Shown in pieces: positions 24,859-38,639 of a DNA stretch of 64,000 nucleotides. Under the pieces are notes generated by a model. The model saw only the letters and a program-made list of their open reading frames with translations, did not search any database and was not told the origin of the DNA. Each line of letters opens with the position of its first letter. Position 1 is the first letter of the stretch. The stretch comes from Felis catus (taxonomy: Eukaryota), in contig NC_058368.1 of the NCBI RefSeq assembly GCF_018350175.1, forward strand, positions 2,914,001-2,978,000. Direction: 5' to 3'. Both the position numbers and the translations under genes were made by a program.

Positions 24859-25789
24859 TGCTTTCAACATGAGGATTGATATGTCCCTTATCTGTGCAGA
24901 ATAAACTACAAATCAGTATCTAGAAGTGGTCATTTGGGTTAAACAGTGCTTCAAGAACAGAGTTGAATCAACTGGCTTCTCTCTTAACAGCTCTTCAAGG
25001 GCGTGTAGCCCCGGATATAAAGGAGTGTTGCCGATGAGTTGCTGGGGATGAAGCCTGTGGAGGCTTCTCTGAAAAGCTCATCCCTGCTGGGCTATAGGAC
25101 CTCAACATTTTCAGCTCGGATGGCTTCTCTGTGACAAAATTGAAGTGTGTTTGGGGATGTGAGTGTGTGTCACTGAGTTGAGTTCTTAATAGGCAGACGG
25201 GCATCGCACCGAAATTTTCCCTGTATTTGGAAGTAATTGGCGGCATGGTTCCATCCTAAGTGACAGAAGCAAAACCGAGAGCATGTACATGTAGTGACTG
25301 AACCGACTCCCACCCCCAGTCTTCCAGATGGTTCCTGTAGCTCGGGCTCACTCCTCACTTATGTGTATTAACTGATGGGCTAGTACAGAAAACCCTCATG
25401 TGCCTGATGTGTCATAAACAGAGGCCTTCATGAAGGATTCATTTTCTCAGGAAGGGAAGAAGAAGAAAAAAGTTTCAATTCTCTGTCTCCTACCTTACAT
25501 TTCAGAAGAGGGAATGGGATATGGTTCTACGTTTATAATCAGTAACCCTAGATCTGAGTTTCAGGTTTGAGAGGCCTAGCAAGGTACCTCTGGGGCTCAC
25601 AGCAGATTGCCTAACCTGCTGGACCTTGGGGGCACCCTGGGTGGCACCTGTCACAGTGCCAGCACTTTGGCAACTTCGCGTCACTTAGACATGGAAAGCC
25701 GCCTCGCTTCCTTCTTCATCACCTAGACCGATGAAGACCAACAAGATAAAGTTATAAAATATAGATTCATAAAATAAGAGACGCTCTGT

Positions 25790-25955
25790 TTTGAGTGCTT
25801 TCTTTATGCCAGGCACGTAACATATATGATGTATGTTAAGTACTTTCCAGCTATCGTCTTATTTAACCTTTACGGTCATACTATGAGGCGGGCACTGGAT
25901 GAGGCTGATAAAACTCAGGTCACAAAGCTAGTGTGTGATGGTAAATCCTGAGTCA
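25790..25955 (-). mobile_element. MIR fragment
   Basis: ttgagtgct...tatgccaggcac...tcttatttaacctt...ggtcacaaagctagt resembles antisense MIR. Confidence 0.5.
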
Positions 25956-28900
25956 CACTTTGTCGTCTTTTACCAGATCGATGTTTAGCTTCTTGGAACT
26001 CTCTTGAAGGATGTGTTTCTTTCCTGGAGTGGTGAGGAATGAAGATACTAACTTTTCTCATTTCGTTGCTTCAGGTTTGATACTTCTACAAATATGTCAC
26101 GATTTTCTTTTTATGTGTACCATAGAAGCTTAACATAAACCTAGAATATTCTTCGGGAGACAGTATTTGCATCTTACCTTCGGTAGAACGACACCTTCTT
26201 TCTTCACCCGCTGTCTCGTCCATTTGCAGCCCTGGTCCCCTAAAGCCCTGAGAGTCACTGAAGGTTCGCTCCAGAACTTTCTCTTCACTTTATCCCTATC
26301 ATCAGAGGTATAAACCAACGAAATGCTTAGCATCCACGTGTATCCACAGCTGTAGTGCTGTGCTCTAAGAGAGGCCATGTTTCAAACTCTGGAAAAACTC
26401 CACTCACACAGCTGTCATCTTATCAGAAGTTCAGTTTTGATTTTCTTGCTGTTGCTGCTGTGCTATTACTTTCCCTCCAAACATCACGGTTAAGACAGAT
26501 GAGCCTTCAAGAGTATGCTTCACTAAAGGGCTCGGACTGTTGTGGCAGAAAAGAACCCGCAAGTCCAAAAATGAATGTGGACCTCTCACAACAGTGCATA
26601 GCTTCGCCATGATCTCCTTGAATCTTGTTCCACAGAAAGAACATGTTCTCCAGAATATCTATTATCAGAGACAGAAAAGACATCATCTGACATGGTTAAA
26701 GTTTTAGGCAGATAATAATGTAGGAGGAAATTATTTAATAAGTGACTGAAGTGCAAAAACTGAATAAAGTGATATATTTTATGTCCTTAGTCATGAAAAG
26801 TGGTTTCTCCTTTGTTACACTGACTGCCTCAATAGCTTCCCCGACTCCAATTCCTGTTGCGACCCCAAGGAATTGTCTAAGTTATTTTCTTCCCTCCTCT
26901 GCCACATCAACATTCGGCGTAGACGTTTCATCTCAGAGAGCTCTCCACTGGGAAGAGAAGGTGTTTCTTCTGCTAATGGAAGGGAGAACAGAAGGTAGGA
27001 TCTTCAATGGTGGAAGGAAGGTGTATGAGAGGAAATGGTGGGACCTCACATCCCCTGAGGTGCACTGACGGGGGCCAGCTCTGGGTCCTGCTGAGGTGTG
27101 GCCGGAGCTCCCCGGGACTGAGGGCTGCAGAAGCCAGTTATGGAAGAGAATGGGGTCCCAAGCTCCCAGGACCAGGACAGGAACCCAAAGCTCATCACGA
27201 GTTCACCAGGCATGTAGAGTCAAGCTGGGACAAGAGACATGCCCTGAAGACCAGTAGATGTCGCCAATACGCACCTGAGGACCAACACGAGGTCAGAGAG
27301 GACCACACCTCCCAACATGAAGATATGCCAGTCATCCCCCACCCCTCACGCCTGGGTACCATCTCAGGGGGTTGAGCAGAAGGGAGCAGCTAATGGGAAT
27401 GGGGCCATTTTAATCCGAGAGAAGCCGGGTATTGCTTAAAAAAAGTTTCAGCGATCTGACTCTCAGGCCAGGCTAATAACGATGCATTATGTTTCCGGGC
27501 ACATCTGAGTTTAGATGCACAGTGAGTGAAATGGCACAGCTTTGTCACACCTGCTGCTCCCAGAGAGTGAGTCTGCAGATGGCATATCATCGGAGAGGAG
27601 GCGGAGTCCCTTTTAGGTCCATCCAAATCACACCTCAGGACAGTCTTCCTTGCTATCTACCTAAGGGACCTATGACCCTATAGCCCGTTTAAAGCCTCCA
27701 TTGACAGTAAAACATCGTATGCTAAGTGAATTAGCATCTCAAGAAATATGCTGAATAAACCGGAGGTCTAACTCAGAGACCTTTCTGAGCACACTAAATG
27801 TTTTTCTGCAAATCCTCATGTCCTTTCCTTATTTAGCCTTATTTACCTCCTTCCTTTGTTCCTCTCTCACTGGGTCCTCACCAGTAATCATCTCAGACTT
27901 TATATGGAACGTTCCTGCTTTTCCAGTGTGGACTTCCTTTTGGAGGCTCTGTATGTGAATGACTCACCGACACGAACATGTCTCGAACACTGGTATTATG
28001 GCTCCAGCCACCTTCCGATGAGCTCCTATCCTGTTCCTTCAGTGGCTGTGTTGTCACTGTCTGACCCCGACACAAAGTTCAGCTCTGAGCCTTGAGGTTA
28101 GGCCGGTCTGAACAACTGAAATTAGAGAGAAGTTCACCTTGCTCTCACTCGACCCAGGGCGGGGGTGAGATCTACAGGTTTGGGCTTGGAACTAGAAAAG
28201 GTCTGAGTTGCTCGTCTGGGAAGAAAGCGGGGGCATGGCCCTCTGTCTTATTCCAACGTTACTTACGGTCTCTACACAACGTGTAGACAGCAATAAACTA
28301 TTTCTACACATGGCCTTAGCAGCTCTTAACAGACATTCTGGGAAATATTGTTCAAGAAGCGTTGTTGGACCACGGAATTATTTTACACAGGTAACTTGTA
28401 GGACCAAAGTTTTTATTATTGTTTTTTTTAATGTCATAAAATTTCCATGACTTCAGCACCTGGGAGAGCCATAGAGGCCAACTGGGCATCCCATTAGACA
28501 GGCCTAAAGGAGAGCAGATGGAAATTCTGAGAGTCAAGTAAGAACAGATGGGAGCTCTGCAGGTGAAACTTGAACTTGAATATTCCAAAGTTCACGATGC
28601 TGAACATAAAACCCCATTAAGCAAGTTCCAAGAAAGAGTTAAACTGACAGGCTGGAGCCTGGTGGCCGCCCCCCTCACGGATCGCCAGCGCACTTGGCCG
28701 TCAACAATTTCTGTGGCGGGGGTTAAAGAAGCACTTCCTTCCATGCCGCCCTGCTCATTTGCAAACGGCAAATTTTTAAGCTGTGCTCTCTCTTACCTGG
28801 GACCGAATGGAGTGGCAGTGCTATAAACAGGGAGAAAGGATTTGGCTTCTTTCTTTTTCTTTTTTAGCCAGTCATTTGCCTCTCCCCTATAATTTTCCCC

Positions 28901-29564
28901 TTCTCCATTTAGACGGCGGTGCACCCACGGAAGCCGGGCCGGCCAGGCAAGCCGACCGGTACGCCGGCCAGTCAGAAGCCTTCTGGTGTTTTGAAAAGAT
29001 GTCACCTCATCCCACAAACGTCCCCTTGTGTGAAAGAGGCCACGCTGTCTGACACAGCCATGGTCGCGGCAAGACGGGCCTGGCATGCGGTGTGCTGTTA
29101 ACTGGGGCCCGGGGGATCTGCCTCCCGCTGTGTCTCAGATGGCACAGAACCCTGCGAGACATGGGAGACAACTCGATTCTAAATGTACCCAAGTCGGCGG
29201 GAGGCATGCGAACGGCCCACAGGGAGGCTCTTCCTCTGGTGCAGGAGGCAGCGCCTGACCTTGGTGACTCGATGCCAGACTGGAAGGGAGAACCGATGGA
29301 GAGCTGGGGATTGCAGCCGCTAACAGATGACGTCGTGTTGTGTTGGGTCTCCTCCGCTGGTGGTCCCAGCACGAGCTGTGTGGGATCCAACACTGGACTT
29401 TCCTAGGGGAAAGATGATACATTTTTTTTTTTTTTTTGAGATTAAATAGTCATATCTATTGCCTTGTCATGACCCTTTTACATCGTGGCTTTAAAAAATA
29501 CGCATACCATCCGAATCCTTATTTGAGAATATTTGCAAATACCCAAGGCCTTCCTCTTCTATTT

Positions 29565-29977
29565 TTTTAAACTCTAGTTTTAGTGAGATGTAATTTGCGT
29601 AACAGAAAATTCACCAGTTTTTAGTATATAAAACATAACCGTATCCACGTTCGATTTTGAAATATTTCTATCACTTGCAAAAAACACACAAAAACAAAAA
29701 CCCAAACCCATTAGACACGACTGCCTTTACCCTCTTGCCCCCAATCCTCAGGAAATAAAAGTCTACTTTTTCTCTGTATGGATTTACGTATTCTCACCAT
29801 TTGATATAAATGAAATCACATGTGCTCTTTTTGACTGTTCTTTCACTTAACGTAACAGCTTCAATGTTCATCTGTGTTGTAAGATATATTAGTACTTTAT
29901 TCCAATTTATGGCTCAAATAATATTCCATTGTATGATAAGACTACATATTTAAAAAAAATGTTTATTGACCCATTTT

Positions 29978-30025
<48 letters not shown>

Positions 30026-30585
30026 GGGAGAGAAAACACACGTGCAAGCAGGGGAGGGGCAGAGAGAGAGCGAGAGAATCCCAAGGAGGCTCCATTCTGC
30101 CAGCACAGAGCCCAATGCAGGGCTCGATCTCAAAAACCATGAGATCATGACCTGAGCCAAAATCAAGAGTCAGACGCTTAGCTGACAGAGCCACCCAGGT
30201 GCCCTGAAAATACCACATATCATTTATCCATTCACCAGCTGGTGGCCACTGAGCTTCTACCTTTTGGATAAATTTCTATGAGCCTTTGTGTACACGTTTT
30301 TTTGTGGACATACATTTGTGTTCCACTTCGGTATATACCTAGGAGTGGAATTACTAGGTTATAAAGTAACTTTAGAACTAACATTTGGTGGAACTGGCAA
30401 AATTTTTTCCAAACTGGCACTATCTTACGTTCCTCCCAGCAATGTTTATGGTTCCCGATTTCTTCCCATCACAGTCAACGTCTGTTTTGTCTATCTTGTT
30501 TTATTGTAACAAGCCTGGTGAGTGTGGAGTGATATCTCATTAAGGTTTCGATTCACGTTTCCTTAACGACGAATGACATTGAGCA
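29565..30585 (-). mobile_element. Old L1 (L1M-type) 3' end interrupted by a SINE
   Basis: tttcacttaac...gttcatctgtgttgta...ataatattccattgtatg...tatatacctaggagtggaatt...gtgatatctcat is the antisense L1 3' region. Confidence 0.8.
29950..30204 (-). mobile_element. Can-SINE with expanded (GA)n
   Basis: Antisense SINE ending gagccacccaggtgccc. Confidence 0.93.
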
Positions 30586-31164
30586 GGAAAGATGATACTT
30601 ATTCAAAGAGTCAGATAAAAAGAAAATAAAACTTCACTCAGTTGCTGAAGTTTCTAAACATGGTTTTAAAACTGTGCGGGATGTTACACATAGAGACACG
30701 TCCGAAGGAGTGACGTTAAACATGTCTAACCATCATGGCATAAGCAACAATGAGAGTCTGGTCGTGTGAAAAGTGATGCTGGCTTTGCACAAGCAGGACA
30801 ATGACACTAGTGGCCACCAGAGGCGCCATCGGCTCTGTTCCCAGATGTGCCCACAGAGCAGTGCTAACCGCCTAAGTACCCGACCTAAAAGTTCCGTGTT
30901 TTCGATGGTCTTTTTAGAGCCAGGATTGATCAACGAGTCACTATTAATAAAATAGGGACAAACGCATTTGCTTATACATGTATTATGAAAATAACACCTG
31001 CCACGAAGTGCTCAGTAAATAGCAGCTGATACTATGATGATTCAGCATCCTTTCATTTTTCAATTAATTTTTCTATTTCTATGTTGTCAAGCCCTCAGTG
31101 GTTGACAGGTACCTCGCTTGTTTTGAGCACTGAACGTATAATAAACAAATGTAGTGTCAGGTTG

Positions 31165-31351
31165 AGGGTTTCCAAGATAAAATATGGGATATCTACTTAA
31201 TTTGACTTTTGAATAAATAACAGAAAATTGCCTAGTATTTGTGTTGTTACAGAGATTGCATAAGATACTCTATTACTAAAAACTTATCCATTGTTTATCT
31301 AAAATTCAAATTCAATTTTTTTTTTTTTTTTTTGCTAAATATGGCAACTCC
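31165..31351. mobile_element. MER53-like palindromic hAT MITE
   Basis: agggtttccaagataaaata...aatttgactttt gaataaataac...cattgtttatctaaaattcaaatt...tttgctaaatatggcaactc matches the recalled MER53 consensus. Confidence 0.8.
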
Positions 31352-32869
31352 CACCAGATTAGAAGAAGCAATGGTTAGTTTTGGAGTGATATATTTTAGG
31401 AAGCCATGCCACTCAGCATATAGAACATCATCAAAAGCTTGGGTAAAGGAGGGAAGGAGTGTGCGTAAGTATCGACCTGCAAGCTGAACCATGGTATTTT
31501 ATATTCCACTACGCTCTAGGGTCTCTCTGTGCTGATTTCCTCTAAGTAACTTTATTTTCTTTGTAACTAAACAGTTTAGAGCCATGCAGGAGTTGTGGAA
31601 GCCAGAAATGACTGGCTTCCACAAGGTTTGAATGAAATACCCAAACCTCACAGTCTCATTGATGAAAGTAGGTCAACCAGCAGAGTTGGGGTTAACATTT
31701 GGGCAATTTGGATCGCGGAATCCTTGCCCCAGATATCCAGGGATAGACATCTCAGATACCTAAGATTAAACGACCATGTAAGAAGTGAAAAGGGAGTCTA
31801 GTTCACGCGATGCGCTTTGAAAAAGGGAGAACTTGCAGCTTTAGTGATGGATATGATTAAGTGGCTGTATAATTATTGTTTTTGACTTTTCGTACCTCTT
31901 TTATAATTCCAAGTAACACCTGGTGGCCAAGGAAATACTTACTACAAGATCAAAAAGTTCCAAGAAATGTTTACTAAAAATTTTTGTTGGAAGACATTTG
32001 TAACAACATTTGCCCCAAGGGTATGTTTACTCGATTAGGCATTGTTCTTGATGTGCTGGGTACAAAGATCATTGCTACTCACCCAAGATTTAACCCATCA
32101 GTACAAGTAACAAACAGTTTGGTCTCTGAGAGAAAAATATTCTGGTTTCTTAAATGTGCTTCCCGGGGTAGCTCTGTAGTCTGTCAGGGCAATAGTGATG
32201 AAAACTTTTGTGGTCGAAGGACAACAGAGCGTTTGAAAATAGGCAGCAACGGCATGGAAAAATAGAAGAAAGCAAGCCTTTTGAAGTAGCACGTGGAATA
32301 TCGCCGTCAAATAAGATGCTACAAAAATCCCACCGACAGGTTGAGGGGGAAAAACTCTAGGATGAAAAATCTTCTACTAAAATTGAGAGAAGGAGGCTTA
32401 GAACAAATAGCGATTTTAGCTCCAGGCTTTTCATATTTGGTATTATACCACAAGCGTAATTGGTGTTCCGATGTTATAGTTTCCTGTGAAAAGAATCACC
32501 AGTCTGTAGGTTTTCCAAGAGCAACACTCGAACTCCTACATCTAGAATTCTAGCATACGCTTTTTCTCAATATTTCTAGAAACACTTAACTTCATGGGGT
32601 CAAATACCTGAGGCCAGAGGACTTCACATCTCTTATATGTCCTTTTGCTGCTGTTCTGGGTGCAGTGGAGTTTCACCAGTCGTGTCTGGGAAAATGTGAC
32701 AGGGCTGGGAATTCTGTTTCATTCGCTGAGGCCAACACCAGTTCCAATAACCGCCCAGGCCAAAGTAGTTCTTCAAGGCATGAGAAAGAAAAGAACAAAC
32801 CTCTCCGTACTTGCTTTGGACCCCAGGGATCAGTGTCACGGATCAAACATTAGACCAGGAAGTCTGTCA

Positions 32870-33140
32870 ATCATCTATTCCACAGATGTTAAATGAGCAC
32901 CTACTATGCGCCACGCCTGTGCTAGGCACTTTTTAATGATGAACAAAGTGATCATTCAATCAGCCTCCTAGGAAGCTCGATGTTTGTCAGGGAAGACCGA
33001 TACTTATTGGTAGGTAACAACGAAGAAGGTAAGTCAAGTTTTTTCAAAAGTAGACTAAAGGAAACCAATAGGGTTCTTACATGTGAGAGAAAGGAAAAGG
33101 GGACTCTATTAAAATATGGTGTTTCATGAAGGCTTTCTAA
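32870..33140 (-). mobile_element. L2 3' fragment
   Basis: tgagcacctactatgcgccacgcctgtgctaggcact...atgaacaaag is the antisense L2 end. Confidence 0.6.
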
Positions 33141-33421
33141 TGGGATTTCTGTGATTTAAAACCTCTGAAAGGGCTCAACAGGTTATATGCTCCCAGAATT
33201 TTCCCTTTGAAGCAGAGCCTCCCGCTTTTTGTCTACTCAAAGAAAAGTAGGTAAAATTTGATATGCGATGAAGTCAAAATGGCACAAAATGGAAACTGTC
33301 AGTTTCAGGTAAATAGCAAACCACCCCTTCATTTATAAAATAGCTCCTGGTGGTGACCGTTATTAGAAATGGCCAAAAAAGCATTTTTCGTCTTCAGTGC
33401 ACTTTGAGCATCTCAGTGAGG

Positions 33422-33632
33422 TTTTTTTTTTTTCTTCAAGTTTTTATTTGTTTTGTTTTGTTTTAGAGAGAGGGAGAGAGCATGAACAGTAGAGGGAGAG
33501 AGAGAATCTTAAAGCAGGCTCCATGCCCAATGGGGAGTCCCATGTAGGGCTTGATCCCATGACCATGAGATCATGACCTGAGCTGAAATCAAAAGTCAGC
33601 TGCTTAACCAAATGAGCCACCCAGGTGCCTCC
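33422..33632 (-). mobile_element. Can-SINE followed by (TTTG)n
   Basis: Antisense SINE ending gagccacccaggtgcc; (TTTG)n at 33640-33671. Confidence 0.9.
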
Positions 33633-34469
33633 TTTATTTATTTGCTTGTTTGTTTGTTTGTTTGTTTGTTTTCAGTGACGTATCTTTTTAGTTTATAGGA
33701 AAGAGAGGAATAATTTTAGGTCAGAGACCCTCGAGGTCAACATCATTTCTATGGTAGAACTAGCCTGATAAACTATGCTCACTTTCTCTCTCTATCTCTC
33801 TCAACTCCCCTTTGTCCCCAATCCTGGTAATCCTACTCAGCTTTATTACATTTGTTCCTCTGAAGAAACATTTCACATTTGTGTTGATCACAGCCGTCCC
33901 AGGTCCAGAACCCTCACATTTTGGAAAGCAAAGTGTGCTCAATTTTCCGGACAATGGTGGGTCTCCCCAGACGGGAGAGATGGAAAAGCTTCATTCTTCA
34001 AGTCAATAACTCCTTAGCTCCCACCTCAAGATGGGTCTCAGGAAAGGACGGCCTGTTTCTTTTAAACTCCAGAGAGCCATTTCGGAGCCCTCTGCAAAGT
34101 GACAGGGTCCACAAGTCCCTTCAAGGTTTAAGGACGAACGCTTCATGTGAGTAATAGTTTCTACAGTGCTTTAAAGGCTTTACAATGTTCTTCCTCTATA
34201 GGCCAAATCAAAGAACATTTCCCGGATCTCAGGCTCTTGCTACCTCTGCTTGTTAGGAAAAGCGATGTTTCCTTTGAATTCTGGTGATGGTCCACATACC
34301 TAAACAATTTTGACAGTTTTCAGCTGCTGCTGCCTCAGCAAAGCCAAGAAAACTGAAACTCTTACAGGACCCCCTCCCCGCTCTGCCACCCACACACACA
34401 CATAAGCAGAAATACTGAAAATCCCAAGGCTTTTCCCAGGCACGGAGACATCTCAGGTCACAGGCTTAT

Positions 34470-34509
34470 GTAAAAAAAAAAAAAAATCTTAATGTTTATT
34501 TATTTTTGG

Positions 34510-34542
<33 letters not shown>

Positions 34543-34711
34543 TGTGTGAGCATGGGCAGGGCAGAGAGAGAAGGAGACACAGAATCCGAAGCAGGCTCCG
34601 GGCTCTGAGCCATCAGCACAGAGCCCGATGCGGGGCTCGAACTCACAAACTGTGAGATCATGACCTGAGCCAAAGTTGGACGCCTAACCGACTGAGCCAC
34701 CCAGGCGCCCC
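34470..34711 (-). mobile_element. Can-SINE (SINEC_Fc)
   Basis: Near-consensus antisense body; TSD acaggcttat (34460-34469) / acgggcttat (34712-34721). Confidence 0.96.
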
Positions 34712-35784
34712 ACGGGCTTATTTTGAAGCACAAACGACTATAGTTGGTAGTATATCGCATCCCGTGGACAAAAAGCTTCATTTTTAAATCTTAAGATCTC
34801 TTTCTTCCAACAAACGCGAAATGATTTCGCTTTTTCTCATATCACTGTCAGGTTGGTAGAGCAAACACTGTCACTGTGATTTCACAGTTGGGAAAACCGG
34901 CCCAGAAGGTGGTGGCCTCTGTGGTTGACCGCAGGGCCAGGACCTCTGTTTCAAATCCCACGGTGGTTTCCAGGAGGACCTGCGGCTTCTCTTCGAGTTA
35001 AGTTATACTTCACGGGGGGAGACTTCCAGGTCCCCCAATGCCACATCTTTGCAGGCCAAGGAGCTTACCAGCCCATTTATTGCTCCACAAAATAATCACG
35101 TGATAATGATCTACTGAGTTCCAAGCTTCTTCCTGTTGTTTCTGTGGCAGAATCTGGCTGTTGCAAAGTTGGATCAGGTTCCATCTAAGACTCCAGATAT
35201 TGCAATCCTTCAGACGTTTTATCATGGGGATCTTCCAGAAAGGACGAGGGGAGATGTGTGTCAGGGGAAGGACTCGGCAGTGACTTGTGGATGTCTACGG
35301 CGGATAAGTTCTGTGCTTCTCCGCCCTGGGGACATCTTGCCTCAGTACCCAATTGAGTCAATGTAACTCCTGTGTCATGCTGATGAGCAGCTGTTTTTCT
35401 CCCCCCCCCCCCCATGAGTGATTCATGATTTATTTCCGTCTTGTGAAGACGCATTCTCAGATTGTGATGACACACACACACGCCATTTGACTGAATTCAG
35501 AAAATATAAAGGAGAGCGAGCCCCAGAGAACAAACAGGACAGTTGAATTCCATCCAACACTTCTTTTTATTCACAGGATCGCAGACAGCTACTTTGACTG
35601 TGGTAGCCTCCTTCCGATAGGCATCTCGGTATCCTAAAGACTGATGATCTCATTACAAGAGTGTCCCCATCCCCTTTATCCTGCAAAATGTGGTTGTCAT
35701 GAAAGGGAACTTGATTTTTGGCACGAGTGAATTACCAAACACTGGAACGAAACATTTTCATCGGGGTTTATCTCTTACAAGAAC

Positions 35785-35815
<31 letters not shown>

Positions 35816-36155
35816 CAAAACATCTTCTTTCCTTGACCCTGCCGTGGGCATTTCACGAAACGTCAGAAACAGTTCACTTTACGATTTGCGAAGAAAAAGC
35901 AGTGACTTGCCCTCCCCCTGGAAGGGTTTTTGTAGATGCGGCTTTTTATTGGCTGTGGGCGGCTGAAGTCCAAGGGCATCGACTTTTCAGAGGCTGAGAG
36001 GGAAGCTTTTGGCTTTTGCCTGCCTGGTTTGTGGATGAGACGAGGAAGGATGGAAGGAAGGTGCAGGTGGTGGTCTGAGCTGACAGAGCTTGTCTGCCCG
36101 GGGATATCTTGACATCACATTTTACCAAAGCTTTTAGGAGTGGGAGTTTTGACTT

Positions 36156-36373
36156 TGTGTGTGTGTGTGTGTGTGTGTGTGTTTTAAATGTTTTATTTAT
36201 TTTTGAGAGAGCACAAATGGGGGAGGGGCAGAGAGAGAGGGGCAGAAGAATCTGAAACGGGCTCTGAGCTGACAGCCGCCAGCCTGACGTCGTGGGGCTC
36301 GAACTCACGAACTGCGAGATCATGACCTGAGCCGAAGTCAGACGCTCGACCGACGGAGCCACCCAGGCGCCCC
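36156..36373 (-). mobile_element. Can-SINE with adjacent (TG)n
   Basis: Antisense body ending gagccacccaggcgccc; (TG)n at 36156-36182. Confidence 0.93.
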
Positions 36374-36529
36374 AGGGAGTGTGCATGCTGATTTTAAAGC
36401 AAGGGTGTTTTTTACTCACGTGGCATATGAGGAAGGCAGCCGGTGTGATGGGGATTTGGAAAATGTTTGAGAGGCTTGAATGCGTGGACGGTCTGGAAAT
36501 TAGGGAGAGAGGATCCAAGAAGCCTGTTT

Positions 36530-36975
36530 CACTTGCTATGTCTGCGTAAAAAAATTATTTCAAACCTGAGTGGCTTACAACGATGGCCGCGTTTGTTGGG
36601 TGGAGGGACCCACAGTTTGGGCGGTAGCCGTAGATATTTCTGTTCCACTCGGGCACCGGCTTGGGTGGTTCCAAGGCCGGGCTGAAATGCTGTGAAGACG
36701 CGTTCACTTACGCTCCTGGCAGTTGGCCAGAGCACTTGCACGTGGCTTTTTGTAGAGCTCGGGCCTCCTCCTGACATTGCAACTGGGTTCCAAGGGCAAC
36801 GACCCCGAGACCGCGAAGACGGCTGAGTGGAAGCGAGACCACCTCTTGGACCTAGTCTTGGAAGCCACACGGCATTGCCTCCTCTGGGTTCCGCACCGAG
36901 AAGGTCGCCGAGTCCCGTCTGGGTCCCAAGAGAGCAGACCTTGATTCCCCCTCTTCACGGGGAATGGCAGGTTTC
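36530..36975 (-). mobile_element. MaLR (MLT1-type) LTR, unusually CpG-rich
   Basis: tgcgtaaaaaaattatttcaaacctgagtggcttacaac...cacgtggct...gacctagtcttggaagccacac...gattccccctcttcacgggg resembles antisense MLT1. Confidence 0.65.
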
Positions 36976-38611
36976 TGGAGGCGCCGATGGAATGAGAATG
37001 TGACCGTGGTCATTGTTGGAAAGTGACTCCGCTTTCTCCCGGAGAGCCCATGAGAGGAGCACCAAGTGAGCGGGCAGGAAGGCTGAAGCATATGCTGTTC
37101 CTGCTTTGCCGACGCCCCGGTGCAGCTGGAACAGAGAAATGAGGTAGTGAGTTGTTTTCGTTTTTCTTTTCTGTAGCTCTGAACGAAAACACAATTCGGA
37201 GGGGCTTGTTGTACTACCGGAAACTTGATAACAAGGCATCGTAGGCGTTATCACATCTAGGCATCCCAACAACAACCTTGGCAGGTGGGAAAGGCAGGCA
37301 TCCGACTCCCCATCTGGGGGAGGAGGAGGCTGAGGACCGGAAAGAGGTAAATGAATTTTCCAGAACCTCAGCATCAGTAAATGTCCATACTGGGGCTCGG
37401 ACTCACATCTTCAGAGTTCAGATCCAACGTGCTTTTCTGTTCTAACCGTGTCAAACCGGAAAATAGAAGGACAAAAGCAAATAAATGATCAGATGGGAGC
37501 ATTCTGGGATTGAAGTAAGGAAGAAGGAGATAAGAGGCAACCGAGGGGCTGACTGGGCTAAAAGTTTTCAGAGTTAATCCTTTTTTTGCCACTTCAAGTG
37601 CTTTGTGTTGAATGGTGATGTATTTACAAACTCAGTACGCACCTATTTAAAAAAAGGTTTTCTGAGAGCCTATGATGCACACGGTACTAGGCAGGTATAA
37701 CTACAAATTGTATGATTATCGCTTTGAAGGTTCAATTAGGAGAAACAGACGCACAGAAAATCATGGGATATGGCCTTTTTAAATGATACTGACAAAATGC
37801 TAGGTATTGTATTAAGCTCCCTTCCCGCACTAAAATTTCCTGAATACTTTTAGAAAAATATGCTTGCAAATAATACAATTAGAGCACGGCAAAACTTACC
37901 ATGTGTCACAGAGTAATCTCGAAGTTTTGAGAGATTTCAGAAAGAAAGCACATAGAAATAGAAACAAAGAAAGACATAAGATATGCCCCTAAATAAGCGC
38001 AGAACAAACCTGTTTTGTGGGTAAAATCAGTTCTAGAGGTAATTTAATCCCGTACTGAAAGAATAGCGGAGCAGGACTTTGATGGTGCAATTGTCAAGCA
38101 ACTGATTAATTTTCTGCATTTGTGACAGATGCCTCAGATGACTTGTTTCCCTCTCTGTGCTGAGCATCCAGCAGCAGTAACAGCACGTTCTCTCAGGATA
38201 AAGCCCGACAAATAACCTGGGGACTGAATGGAAGAGAGGAGACCCCAGTCGTAGGAACTTTGAGTCTCTCTAACATCCACAGAGAGAAATACAAAGAAGA
38301 AAGAAAAGCAAGCGTCATAGCTGACTCCAGCATTGGTTCAGAGCTACAATTGAAGTGTTCCTCTCCAAAACGGGGATTCAGAGATGAGCTATTCTCGTAG
38401 TGGGCATGCGGTCCAGAGGAGCAAAGAAGATATTGGAGGAATATCCCCCATCACCAGATGTATCCATCGATCAGTGAACAAGAATTCTTATTTGGGCTAT
38501 AGTCAGGAGAAACCCTCAGTCACAAATATAGACACCAGGAATCACCAATATTTAATTATGGAAAAGACATGCAATAACTCAGCACATATATGCACATACA
38601 CAAGCGTGCGT

Positions 38612-38639
38612 GCACACACACACACACACACACACACAC
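38612..38639 (+). repeat. (CA)n microsatellite
   Basis: Directly visible. Confidence 0.95.

Noticed and set aside
29007..29422. Overlapping ORFs in the GC-rich block
   Set aside because: Stop-poor because of GC content; no homology recognised.
30810..30828. CTCF-like TGGCCACCAGAGGCGCCA
   Set aside because: One base short in the core spacing relative to the CTCF consensus; unsupported without ChIP data.
35946..36518. 190-aa minus-strand ORF
   Set aside because: It reads through a SINE (GAWVA..SAQVMISQF) and a dinucleotide repeat (THTHTH).
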